From contig JBCCHT010000004.1 in NCBI GenBank assembly GCA_039028615.1, positions 160,001 through 224,000 of the forward strand: a stretch of 64,000 nucleotides of DNA. The letters are read 5' to 3'. Below the pieces are notes generated by a model. That model had not been told where the DNA came from, ran no database searches, and saw nothing but the letters and a program-made list of their open reading frames with translations. Of the stretch, positions 36,303 to 45,690 are shown piece by piece (the stretch's first letter is position 1; each line of letters opens with the position of its first letter). A program made the position numbers and the translations under genes. This stretch comes from Myxococcota bacterium (GTDB taxonomy: Bacteria > Myxococcota_A > Polyangia > Nannocystales > Nannocystaceae).

Positions 36303-37292
36303 ATGGAGTGGTTGCTGCGACGAAACTTCTGGATGGTCAAGATGTTCGGCCTCTTGATCGTGACCGCGCTCCTGGCGAATACGGCCACCACTCTGTTCGC
36401 GCTGTACGTCGTGTCGGGCCGATCCGAGCTGCCGCCTGGAGATCTCGAAACCGACGAAGAACCCCCCGTGCTCGCACGTGGAGCCTCGAACCTCGACCGA
36501 CGAGGGAGGCAGACCCAGCGCAGCGCGGAGACGATCCTGGGCTACAACTCGTTCTGCCCCACGTGCAGGCCCGAGCAGGCGCTGGGCGACCCTCCACCGC
36601 CCGGCGGTCCCACCGGTCCCACCGGCCCCGACGATCTGTCGGGCGCCCAACGCAGCACGCTGCCCTTGGTCGTGGCCGCGACCATGGAATCCGACGACCC
36701 CTCGCTGTCGATGGCCACCCTGGTCGACGTTCAGCGCGGCACGGGCGGGCTCTTCGGCATCGGCGACATGCTCGATGGCACGGTGGAAGTCGTGGGTGTG
36801 ACCTCGGGCATGGTGCACATCCGCAACGGCGGCCGGCTCGAGTACATCCCCTTTGGCGCGCCTCCGCCCACGCCGGTCGCCAAAGACCCCGCGGCTCCCC
36901 CTCCAAAGCGTAAGCGCGAGCCGAAGAGTTCGTCGCTCCCCGGCGCCGAAGAGGCGATTCAGTGCAACGCCAAGGGCAACTGCGTGGTGGATCGGGCCTT
37001 CGTCGAGTCGCTCATCGCCAACCCGCAGCAGCTGGTGACCCAGGCCGCCGCCAGCCCGGCCACCACGGGCGACGGGTCCCCCGGCTTCAAGCTACGCCGC
37101 GTCCGAAGAGGCTCGCTCCCTCACCTGCTGGGGCTGCGCAACGGCGACGTCATCACCGAGGTCGGGGGCACCCCGCTGACCCTCGATGCGCTGGCCGGGC
37201 TCTTCGGCAAGCTCCGGCATGCCTCCCACATCGAGGTGATGGTCGACCGTCGCGGGAAGACCATGGCGCGCTCGCTGGAGATCCGCTCGTAG
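36303..37292 (+). CDS. GspC-like type II secretion protein with C-terminal PDZ domain
   Basis: N-terminal TM; HR-like domain (IRNGGRLEYI); PDZ GFKL..VR.GSL...LGLRNGDVITEVGG...VDRRG. Confidence 0.78.
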   Translation: MEWLLRRNFWMVKMFGLLIVTALLANTATTLFALYVVSGRSELPPGDLETDEEPPVLARGASNLDRRGRQTQRSAETILGYNSFCPTCRPEQALGDPPPPGGPTGPTGPDDLSGAQRSTLPLVVAATMESDDPSLSMATLVDVQRGTGGLFGIGDMLDGTVEVVGVTSGMVHIRNGGRLEYIPFGAPPPTPVAKDPAAPPPKRKREPKSSSLPGAEEAIQCNAKGNCVVDRAFVESLIANPQQLVTQAAASPATTGDGSPGFKLRRVRRGSLPHLLGLRNGDVITEVGGTPLTLDALAGLFGKLRHASHIEVMVDRRGKTMARSLEIRS

Positions 37293-37313
37293 CGAACCTC
37301 CAGCACCACGGCC

Positions 37314-39578
37314 TCAGTAGCGGTCCGCGTCGATGGCCCGCACGCCGGTCTTGCCGAGGGCGAGCACGATCTGATCGAGCATGCCGAAGCGCGGGTCCTT
37401 GGTGTAGCCCTTCTTCCAGCGGTAGTAGATCTGCTGCACGATGCCCGCGATCTTGACCAGCGCGAAGCAGTAGTAAAACAGCATGTTCGAGACGTCGCGC
37501 CCCGTCTTCTCCGCGTAGCGCTCGGCGAGCTCGAGGCGGGTCATCGCCCCCTTGGAGTTGGTGGGCCCGAACGCCATGGCCTGCCAGCGCGGATCGTCGT
37601 CCCGCTGCACCCAGTAGCCCAGCGTCGTGCCCAGGTCCATGAGCGGGTCGCCGACGGTGCACATCTCCCAGTCGAGCACCGCGACCACGCGGGTCAGGTC
37701 CTCGGGGTCGAGCATGACGTTGTCGAACTTGTAGTCGTTGTGCACCAGCGTGGGCGTGCCGTCCTCGGGGATGCGCTCGAGCAGCCAGGCGCCGATCCGA
37801 TCGATGTCGGGGACTTCGCTGGTCTTGGCCTTCTCGAAGCGAGCGAGCCACCCCTCGACCTGACGTCGAGCATAGCCCTCGGGGCGCCCGAAGTCGGCCA
37901 GGCCCGCCGCCTCGAGGTCGACCCCGTGCAGGGCCGCCAGCTCGTCGACCAACGACTCGCACATGCGCTTCAGCAGCGGTGGGTTGACCCCCAGGGCCTT
38001 GGGCACCGTCTTGCGCAGGATGATGCCCCGACGCCGCTCCATGACGTAAAACGGCGCGCCGAGGACCCCTTCGTCCTCGCACGAGGCCAGGGGCCGGGGC
38101 GCGGGCGGGTACACCCCCTGGAGCGCCGACAAGACCCGGTACTCGCGGCTCATGTCGTGGCCGGACTTCACCTGCACGTTGAAGGGCGGGCGACGCAGGA
38201 CCAGCTCGGTGCTGCCCTTCTTCAGCAGGTAGGTCAGGTTGGAGTACCCGCTGGGGAACTGCTCGACGCTCAGGTCCCCCGACAGCTCGGGTGCGGTCTT
38301 CTTCAGGTAGCCATCGAGAGCGCCCAGGTCGAGTTCCTCGCCCTTGCGCACCGCCTTGGTGCCATCGAGGTAGTCCGACGCTCCGCTGCGGCGGTAGCGA
38401 CGGAGGATTCGCTTGGCGACGACCGTCTTGTGGACCTCGTCGGGACCGTCGTAGATGCGAGCGCCTCGCTCGTGGCGATAGATCCACGACAGGATGGTGT
38501 CCTCGGTGATCCCCAGCGCGCCGTGGCACTGGATCGCTCGGTCGACGACCCGCATGAGCACGCCCGCCGCGTGGAACTTGATGAGCGAGATGGCCTCACG
38601 GGCGGCCTTGACCCCGACGTTGTCGATCTGCCAGGCCGCGTGCAGCACGAGCAGGCGGGTGGCGTCGATCTCCGCCCGACACTCGGCGATCCAGTGCTGG
38701 ATGGTCTGCGTGTCGCCCAGGCGCTGCTCGGGGGAGAGCTTGCGCGTGACCGCCCGCTCCGCCATGGCATCGAAGGCCCGCTCGCACAGCCCCATCCAGC
38801 GCATGCAGTGATGAATGCGGCCCGGTCCCAGGCGCGCCTGCGCCAACGCGAAGCCCATGCCCGCGCCGCCCAGCAGGCTACCGGCGGGCACGCGTACGTT
38901 GTCGAAGCGGACCTCGGCGTGGCTCATCCACCCCTCGCCCGCCTCGCCCATCACTGGGATGTTGCGGACGATCTGGAAGCCCGGGGTGTCGGTGGGCACG
39001 ATGATCATGCTCGCGCGCTGGTGCGCGGGCGCGTCGGCCTCGGTCACCGCCATCACGATGCAGAACGCGGCCCCGTCGGCGGCGGTGGTGAACCACTTGT
39101 GCCCGTTGACGACCCACTCGTCGCCGTCCCGCCGCGCGTTGGTACCGAGCCACACAGGGTTGCTGCCCGCGTGCTCGGGCTCGGTCATGCCGAAGCAGCT
39201 GCGAATCTCACCCGCGAGCAAGGGCTCGAGCCAGCGCTCGCGCTGCTCGGCGGTGCCGAACTCGATGAGCAGCTCCATGTTGCCCGCGTCGGGGGCCTGG
39301 CAGTTGAGCGCGTAGTGACCCAGCGGCGAGCGCCCCAGCACCTCGCTGACCTGCCCGTGCTCCTGCACGGTGAGGCCCATGCCGCCGTGTTCCTCGGCGA
39401 TCTGCGGCAGCCACAGGCCCTGGGCGCGGGCCTTGGCCCGGACCTTCTGCAGCCGCTCTTGCACGGCGTTGAAGCCGTCGTCTCGAGCCGAGGCCTCGAG
39501 CGGGACGACCTCTTCGTCGACGAAGCGACGGAGCTTGGCGAGCAGGGTGGCCAGAGAGTCGGAGATTGCGAAGTCCAT
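37314..39578 (-). CDS. Fusion: N-terminal acyl-CoA dehydrogenase plus C-terminal APH-family phosphotransferase
   Basis: NCQAPDAGNME, MTEP, NGHKWF, RLGPGRIHH, RIYDGPDEVH; then GYSNLTY, RRPP, HDMSRE, HNDYKFDN, LDWEM.TVGDP; single open frame from ATG 39578. Confidence 0.92.
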   Translation of the reverse strand: MDFAISDSLATLLAKLRRFVDEEVVPLEASARDDGFNAVQERLQKVRAKARAQGLWLPQIAEEHGGMGLTVQEHGQVSEVLGRSPLGHYALNCQAPDAGNMELLIEFGTAEQRERWLEPLLAGEIRSCFGMTEPEHAGSNPVWLGTNARRDGDEWVVNGHKWFTTAADGAAFCIVMAVTEADAPAHQRASMIIVPTDTPGFQIVRNIPVMGEAGEGWMSHAEVRFDNVRVPAGSLLGGAGMGFALAQARLGPGRIHHCMRWMGLCERAFDAMAERAVTRKLSPEQRLGDTQTIQHWIAECRAEIDATRLLVLHAAWQIDNVGVKAAREAISLIKFHAAGVLMRVVDRAIQCHGALGITEDTILSWIYRHERGARIYDGPDEVHKTVVAKRILRRYRRSGASDYLDGTKAVRKGEELDLGALDGYLKKTAPELSGDLSVEQFPSGYSNLTYLLKKGSTELVLRRPPFNVQVKSGHDMSREYRVLSALQGVYPPAPRPLASCEDEGVLGAPFYVMERRRGIILRKTVPKALGVNPPLLKRMCESLVDELAALHGVDLEAAGLADFGRPEGYARRQVEGWLARFEKAKTSEVPDIDRIGAWLLERIPEDGTPTLVHNDYKFDNVMLDPEDLTRVVAVLDWEMCTVGDPLMDLGTTLGYWVQRDDDPRWQAMAFGPTNSKGAMTRLELAERYAEKTGRDVSNMLFYYCFALVKIAGIVQQIYYRWKKGYTKDPRFGMLDQIVLALGKTGVRAIDADRY

Positions 39579-40297
39579 TAGCGAAACGTCCACGCCCGGG
39601 GATCGGGCAGGTGAGGGAGCGCGTTGAAGCCGTCGAGGGTGACTCGCCCCTGACGATCGAAGACGAGGGTGGTGAGCGAGGCGTTGCGAATGCGCCACGC
39701 GGTACGAAAGCTGGTGGCGTCGTCGGTCTCGAGCGCGCGCTGCAACAGGACCGCCAGCGGCCCGACCGAAGAAAACGCGATCGCCCGCGAGCCGGAGCCC
39801 ATCTGCGCCTGCATGGTGTCCAGCGCCTGGAGCACGCGGCTTTTGAACTGCGGCCAGGACTCGACACCCTCGACGCTCAGCTCGCCCGCGAGCCAGCGGA
39901 GCATGATGACCTCGAACAGGCGCTGGAAGTTCTGCGATCGGGCGGCCGGAGTCTGCGCCTCGAGCAAGCCCTTTTGGCGCGCGGCGATCTCGGGGTCGTC
40001 CGCCAGCATGCTCACCGCCCCGCGCACGAGTGAGAACGCATCGTGCTCGTCGAGGGTCGGCACCGAGACCGCCTCGGGCCAGTCCTTGCCCGCCGCGACC
40101 ATCGCCTCGCCCGCCAGCCCGGCCGTGTCCCGGTGGCGGCGGGCGGGGCCGACGAACACGGTGTCGAACGCGATGCCCTGCGCCGCGAGGTGCTCACCGA
40201 GGGCCGTGGCCTGCGCTCGCCCCTTGTCGGACAGCTCGTCGTAGTCGGCCTTGTGGATCGAAGCCTGACCGTGACGAACGACGACGAGACGCGGCAT
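39578..40297 (-). CDS. Histidine phosphatase (phosphoglycerate mutase) family protein
   Basis: VRHGQAS...YDELS..G..Q, ESW..F..RV, NASLT, FN..PHL; TAATG overlap with the ACAD fusion. Confidence 0.9.
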   Translation of the reverse strand: MPRLVVVRHGQASIHKADYDELSDKGRAQATALGEHLAAQGIAFDTVFVGPARRHRDTAGLAGEAMVAAGKDWPEAVSVPTLDEHDAFSLVRGAVSMLADDPEIAARQKGLLEAQTPAARSQNFQRLFEVIMLRWLAGELSVEGVESWPQFKSRVLQALDTMQAQMGSGSRAIAFSSVGPLAVLLQRALETDDATSFRTAWRIRNASLTTLVFDRQGRVTLDGFNALPHLPDPRAWTFR

Positions 40298-40367
40298 GCC
40301 CGGCGCTTATACCAACCCCCGGCCACACACGGCGACCAGGGGTAGGATCGCGCCTCGCTCGTGCCGA

Positions 40368-42746
40368 CTACCGACGACGACGCCGTCGCATGAGCCCCAG
40401 CAGGCCCAACAACGCGAGGCCGAGACCGTGGCCGCCCGTCTCGGACGTGCTACGGCAGCTACAGCCTTCGTCGCCCGGCACGGCCGGCGTGCCGCCGTCG
40501 GTCCCCGAGCCCGAGCCCGAGCCGTCTTGTCCCGAGGTCGCGATGTCGGTATCGCCGGCGTCCGTCCCGCTACCGCCGCCTTCGGCCGTCTCGTCGTTGC
40601 CGCTGTCCGTGTCATCGGCCCCGGTATCGGTCGAGGTGCCCGGCTCGACCTCGCTGAGGCACTCGGCCGAGCAATCGTCACCGTCTTCGTCGTTGCCGTC
40701 GTCGCACTCCTCGCCCGCCGTGACGTTGAGGACCCCGTCTCCGCACTCGGCCACGCTGCAGTCGTCGTTGCACTCGGCCGACTCTCCCGCGTCGTCGCAG
40801 TCCTCGCCCGCCGTCTCGTTGACGGTCCCGTCGCCGCACGACGACACGGTGCAGTCGAGGTCGCAGCTGATCGTCTCGCCTTGCTCGTCGCAGCTCTCGC
40901 CTGCAGCGGGGTTGACGGTGCCGTCGCCACACTCGGCCGGGGTGCAGTCGAAGTCGCACGACTCGGACTCGTCCATGTCGTCGCACTCTTCGCCCGCGGT
41001 CACATTGAGGACGCCGTCGCCACACTCGGCCACGGTGCAGTCGGAGTCGCAGGTAGCCGTCTCGGCCAACTCGTCGCAGTCTTCGCCCGCGGCTTCGTTG
41101 ATCACCCCGTCGCCGCAGGAGGCGGGGGTGCAGTCGTCGTTACAGGCCCCGGACTCGCCACCGTCGTCGCAGGCCTCGCCCGCGGTCACGTTGGTGACCC
41201 CGTCGCCGCAGACTACCACCGTGCAGTCGGAGTCACACGTGGCCGTCTCGCCCGCCTCGTCGCAGTCCTCGTCGGCCGCTTCGTTGACGACCGAGTCGCC
41301 GCACATCGCAAAGGTGCAATCGAGGTCACAGGCCGCGGTTTCGCCCGGCGTCCCGGCACCATCTCCGTCGCAGGCCTCGCCCGCGAACATGTTGACCACC
41401 CCGTCGCCACAGGTCACCGCCGTGCAATCGGAGTCGCACATGGCCGAGCCGCCGTCGTCGCAGGTCTCGCCCGCGACCGCGTTGACATAGAGGTCTCCGC
41501 ACACGGCGAAGGTGCAGTCCGGGTCGCAGCCGAACGAGTCGCCCGCGTCGTCGCACTGCTCGCCCGCGGTGATGTTGGGGAAGCCATCGCCACAGGCAAC
41601 GAGGGTGCAGTCAGCGTCGCAGGTGGCCGTCTCCCCCATCTCGTCGCACTGCTCGCCCGCGGTCGTATTGACCACACCATCGCTGCACACCACGGCCGAG
41701 CAATCGGAGTCGCAGGTGGCCGACTCGCCCGACGTGTCGCACTGCTCGCCCGCGGCAAAGTTGGCCACCCCGTCGCCGCACGCCACGGGAGAGCAATCGG
41801 AGTCACAGGCCGCCGACTCGCCCGCGTCATCGCAAAGCTCGCCCGCGCTCGTGTTGGTCACCCCGTCGCCGCAGATGACGAAGGTGCAGTCGGCGTCGCA
41901 CATCGCCGACTCGCCCGCGTCGTCGCACTCCTCTCCCACGGCGACCACCGAGTCACCGCAGAAGCAGGGGTTGGGCGCCCCGGGCGTGTCGCCGGGGCCC
42001 GGATCGAGCAGGCTCGAGCTGAACGCGCCCACCAGGTCGGGGCAACGAAACACGTGCCGCGGCGTGGACATGGGCTCTTCGACCTCTTGGCAGGTCGGCG
42101 ACGCCACACACAGCACCCCGGGTCCGTAGGCTTCCTCCTCGCCATCGTCCTCGAGCACGGTGACCACATCGACCAATGCGGTCCACGGCATGGCGTCGAT
42201 GATCAGGTCGTCGCCCATGTCGATGTCATCGCCGATATTGCCCGTGAAACCGGTCGCCAGGATGTGGTTGACCGTGTCGGTGTTCTCGAAGTTGACGTCG
42301 ACCTCGTAGTCGGGCACCGCGAGGCTCAGCGAATCCTCACCGAACACGAAGTAGCCATCGGCGGGAATGACCTGCCCGGACAGGTCCACGACCTCCTCGA
42401 TGGTGCCGTCACCTCCGCCACCGTCACCGATGACGAAGTAGGTGTAGCCATTGAGCGAGGTCCCCGGAGGCCCCAGCAGCTCGACGTACTCGTCGTTGTC
42501 GTTGCCCGTCTGGTCGATGCGGATCTCGTTGATCACGACCAAGCCACCACCACCCCCGGGCGTAGGCTCGAGGGTGAAGCCGCGGGTGGACGTGGGATTG
42601 GAGGCGGGCGTAGAGGCCGGGGCCGACCTCACCGTCGGGGCGGCGGGTGCAGCCGGCACCGCCGCGCTGGCGGCCGGGACGAGCAGCAGCGTGCAGAGGG
42701 TCGAGCACGTCGGCAAGAAGCGAGAGCGGATCGTCGAAGTGGGCAT
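40368..42746 (-). CDS. Cell-surface protein: lamin-tail-like domain, 14 Cys-rich repeats, MYXO-CTERM sorting signal
   Basis: [17 protein letters not shown]...TPG.PN; CGDGxxNxxAGExCDDxGESAxCDxDC repeats; GCSC...[17 protein letters not shown] tail. Confidence 0.88.
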   Translation of the reverse strand: MPTSTIRSRFLPTCSTLCTLLLVPAASAAVPAAPAAPTVRSAPASTPASNPTSTRGFTLEPTPGGGGGLVVINEIRIDQTGNDNDEYVELLGPPGTSLNGYTYFVIGDGGGGDGTIEEVVDLSGQVIPADGYFVFGEDSLSLAVPDYEVDVNFENTDTVNHILATGFTGNIGDDIDMGDDLIIDAMPWTALVDVVTVLEDDGEEEAYGPGVLCVASPTCQEVEEPMSTPRHVFRCPDLVGAFSSSLLDPGPGDTPGAPNPCFCGDSVVAVGEECDDAGESAMCDADCTFVICGDGVTNTSAGELCDDAGESAACDSDCSPVACGDGVANFAAGEQCDTSGESATCDSDCSAVVCSDGVVNTTAGEQCDEMGETATCDADCTLVACGDGFPNITAGEQCDDAGDSFGCDPDCTFAVCGDLYVNAVAGETCDDGGSAMCDSDCTAVTCGDGVVNMFAGEACDGDGAGTPGETAACDLDCTFAMCGDSVVNEAADEDCDEAGETATCDSDCTVVVCGDGVTNVTAGEACDDGGESGACNDDCTPASCGDGVINEAAGEDCDELAETATCDSDCTVAECGDGVLNVTAGEECDDMDESESCDFDCTPAECGDGTVNPAAGESCDEQGETISCDLDCTVSSCGDGTVNETAGEDCDDAGESAECNDDCSVAECGDGVLNVTAGEECDDGNDEDGDDCSAECLSEVEPGTSTDTGADDTDSGNDETAEGGGSGTDAGDTDIATSGQDGSGSGSGTDGGTPAVPGDEGCSCRSTSETGGHGLGLALLGLLGLMRRRRRR

Positions 42747-42772
42747 CGTAAGTCTCGTTTCGTCCGCAAGAG

Positions 42773-45415
42773 CTAGGGGAAGAGCGCTTCGTAGCGCTGC
42801 AGCTGGATGTCGCGATCGATGAAGTCATCGTCGCCCTGACTCCACACCGCCACGATGTCGTCCACGGCACTCACCGCCACGTCGGGATCCTCTTGCAGGC
42901 CGTCGATGGTGGGATTGACGAGGAACTCCCCGCTCGCCGGGAGACCGAGCTGGTCGAAGCGCTGGCCGAACACACCGGTCAGCAGGCCATCGTCGGCGGT
43001 CTGCCACACGATGATGAAGTCGCCGTCGGGGTTCAGCGCCACCGCAGGGTTGTTCTGCGCCCCTGCGGTGGTGGTGTTGACGGGGAACTCGGGCCCGAAG
43101 GGTGCCCCCAGCGAGTCGTAGCTGTGGGCGTAGACCCCGGTGGAGCTACCGTCCTGGTCGTCGCTGGTCCAGGTGATCACGAACTCGCCCGACTGGTTCA
43201 TGCCGATGGCCGGGCCCTGCTGATCGAGCGCGGTGAAGTCGTTGACCTGCTCGTCCTCGGCCGTGAGCGGGATGCCGACCGCGATGAAGCGACGCATGAA
43301 CACGCCCACCCCGTCGCCGTCTTGCGAGGCCGAAGACTGCCACGCGACCACGAAGTTGCCCGTCTGCGAGACCTCGACGACGGGCAGGTTCTGCTCGGAG
43401 ACCAAGGTGTTGTTGGCGGTGATCTGCACGCCGACCCGTGCGTTCGCGTCGTCGAAGCGCTGGCAGGCGATGTCCGCGAACACCGCGAGGCGGTTTTCCC
43501 AGCAGGCCACGAGGTTCCCCGCCGGGGTGATCGCGATGTCCGGCCGCCGCTGCTCACCGTCGGGGCTCTCGGACAGCTCGATCTCCGAGCCCACCAAGGC
43601 CCCGGCCCAGCTGACACGCTGGGCGAAGACCCCGACGCCGTCCCCGTCGGGCCCCTCCCATGCGATCACGAACCCACCGTCGTTGGCATCGATGGAGGGG
43701 AAGCTCTGGTCGCCCATGAAGGAGGTGTTGATCTGGATCTCCGGGCCTTGCGGCGTGCCGTCGCCGTCGTAGATCCGAGCGAAGATCGCCGCCCCGTCGC
43801 CGTCTTGCGAGGCGCCCAGCACGGGGAAGCTGGCCCAGGTCACGGCAAAGAAGTTCCCGTCCACCGAGGCCGCGACCGCGGGTCGGACCTGGAAGTCGAA
43901 GGTGGTGGTGTTGACGGTGGACTCGCCGCCCAGCGAACACGGCTGCGAACAGATCCCCGCGCAGTCCACCCCGCCCTCGGTGCCGTTTTCCACCCCGTCC
44001 TCGCACGTGGGCGCGATGCAGACCCCGAGGATGCAGACGCCCTCGGCACAGTCGTCACCGTCGTCGCAGTTTTGCCCGGGCAGGCAGGTCGCTCCGCACG
44101 AGGCTCCGCAGTCGACGTCGGTCTCGTTGCCGTTGACCACCCCGTCGTCGCAGACCGGAGGCAGGCAGACGTTGGCCACGCACACGCCGTGCTCGCAGTC
44201 CCCTCCGCCCGTGCAGCTCTCCCCGATGACGCAGGTCGCCCCGCAATCGAGGCCGCCGCAATCGACGTCCGTCTCGTCCCCGTTGGTGACGCCGTCGTCG
44301 CAGTCGGGCTCGGAGCACTGGCCGAACTCGCAGACCCCCTCGACGCAATCCGCCGACGAGTCACAGTCGAGACCGGGCACGCAGGTCGCCCCGCAGGACC
44401 CTCCGCAGTCGAGATCCGTCTCGTCTTGGTTGAGGACCATGTCGTCGCACTCGGCGTTGAGACAGATCCCCGCGATGCAGACCCCGGGCTCGCAGTCGGG
44501 GCCGTCGTTGCACCCTTGACCGGGCTGGCAGGGGTCGCACTGCGGGCCGCCACAGTCGACGTCGCTCTCGTCTCCGTTGGCTACGCCGTCGGTGCAGCTG
44601 TCGTCGACGCAGGTCCCCATGTCGCAGACGAGCTCGACGCAGTCGCCACCGTCCTCGCAGGTCCCTCCCAAGGGACAGGGGCCGCACGACCCTCCGCAGT
44701 CCACATCGGTCTCGTCGCCGTTGAAGACCCCGTCGTCGCAGGCCGCCTCGAGGCAGATTCCTCCCGTGCACACCTGCGTCTCGCAGTCGGCATCGGAGGC
44801 ACACCCGTCACCCGGATCACAGTCGGGGCAATCGGGGCCGCCACAGTCGACGTCGGTCTCGAGAGTGTCCTGTTGATCGTTGTCGCATGACGATGGTTCG
44901 CAGTCGCCATCGCTACAGAACTGACCGTCGCCACACTGCGCGTCGGTCTCACACTCGCTGCCGGGGCAAGTGTTGGGACACGTGCCGCCACAGTCGACAC
45001 CTTCTTCATCCCCGTTGCGCTGCCCGTCGTAGCAGGTCGGGGTCTGGCAGAACCCGCCCGCACAGATCGCGGTATCGCAGTCGTTGTCGGATTCGCACAG
45101 CCCACCGGGACCGCAGGGCGGACACGCGCCACCGCAGTCGACATCGGTCTCGTCGTCGTCGAGCGCTCCGTTTTCACATGGCCCCATCGGGCCACCACCG
45201 GTCGAGTCTCCGGGTTCACCACCCGTCGCCCCCGTCGACGCTTCGCCAGTGCTCATGGCGCCACCGTCGAGGGACGCGATTCCATCCCCGGAATCGGTGG
45301 TCGCTTCCACTCCGTCGTCGTTGCACCCGGCCAGTCCGAGCGTGGGCAAGATCAGCAGGCCAAAGCCAAAAGGCGAGAGTCGGCGCTTCATTTTGGGGCT
45401 AGTCCTGTCCTTCAA
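42773..45415 (-). CDS. Cys-rich lipoprotein (DETDVDCGG repeats) with C-terminal putative beta-propeller
   Basis: Lipobox LAGC; 8 full plus 1 partial ~48-aa repeats; about 6 'VNTTT..Q..P.VA...G.F.V.W' repeats; start may be the ATG at 45391. Confidence 0.85.
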   Translation of the reverse strand: MKDRTSPKMKRRLSPFGFGLLILPTLGLAGCNDDGVEATTDSGDGIASLDGGAMSTGEASTGATGGEPGDSTGGGPMGPCENGALDDDETDVDCGGACPPCGPGGLCESDNDCDTAICAGGFCQTPTCYDGQRNGDEEGVDCGGTCPNTCPGSECETDAQCGDGQFCSDGDCEPSSCDNDQQDTLETDVDCGGPDCPDCDPGDGCASDADCETQVCTGGICLEAACDDGVFNGDETDVDCGGSCGPCPLGGTCEDGGDCVELVCDMGTCVDDSCTDGVANGDESDVDCGGPQCDPCQPGQGCNDGPDCEPGVCIAGICLNAECDDMVLNQDETDLDCGGSCGATCVPGLDCDSSADCVEGVCEFGQCSEPDCDDGVTNGDETDVDCGGLDCGATCVIGESCTGGGDCEHGVCVANVCLPPVCDDGVVNGNETDVDCGASCGATCLPGQNCDDGDDCAEGVCILGVCIAPTCEDGVENGTEGGVDCAGICSQPCSLGGESTVNTTTFDFQVRPAVAASVDGNFFAVTWASFPVLGASQDGDGAAIFARIYDGDGTPQGPEIQINTSFMGDQSFPSIDANDGGFVIAWEGPDGDGVGVFAQRVSWAGALVGSEIELSESPDGEQRRPDIAITPAGNLVACWENRLAVFADIACQRFDDANARVGVQITANNTLVSEQNLPVVEVSQTGNFVVAWQSSASQDGDGVGVFMRRFIAVGIPLTAEDEQVNDFTALDQQGPAIGMNQSGEFVITWTSDDQDGSSTGVYAHSYDSLGAPFGPEFPVNTTTAGAQNNPAVALNPDGDFIIVWQTADDGLLTGVFGQRFDQLGLPASGEFLVNPTIDGLQEDPDVAVSAVDDIVAVWSQGDDDFIDRDIQLQRYEALFP

Positions 45416-45690
45416 TAGGAGGTTTTCAAGTTACAGATTTGGAAGGATTGGAGTTATTGGAGGTATATGGGTTCTAGGGTGTTCCATTACGGTTCTAAGC
45501 GTTTGATATGACTAACAATATTCTTGCCGCCCCGACTCGTGTGGAGATATACCCCAAAGCCATTCGCCATCGAAGCCAAATTTTCACTGATTACCTCTCA
45601 ATATTTTGGGATTCCAAACTACATTTGAACCCCGATAGGATATCCGCTCAGGGTGCGGGACTCCCGCGTCGCACGCTCAGGAAAACCCTC
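45416..45690. promoter_or_regulatory. AT-rich divergent promoter region
   Basis: About 40-47% GC in counted 60-nt lines versus about 70% in the flanks; lies between two divergent surface-protein genes. Confidence 0.7.
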
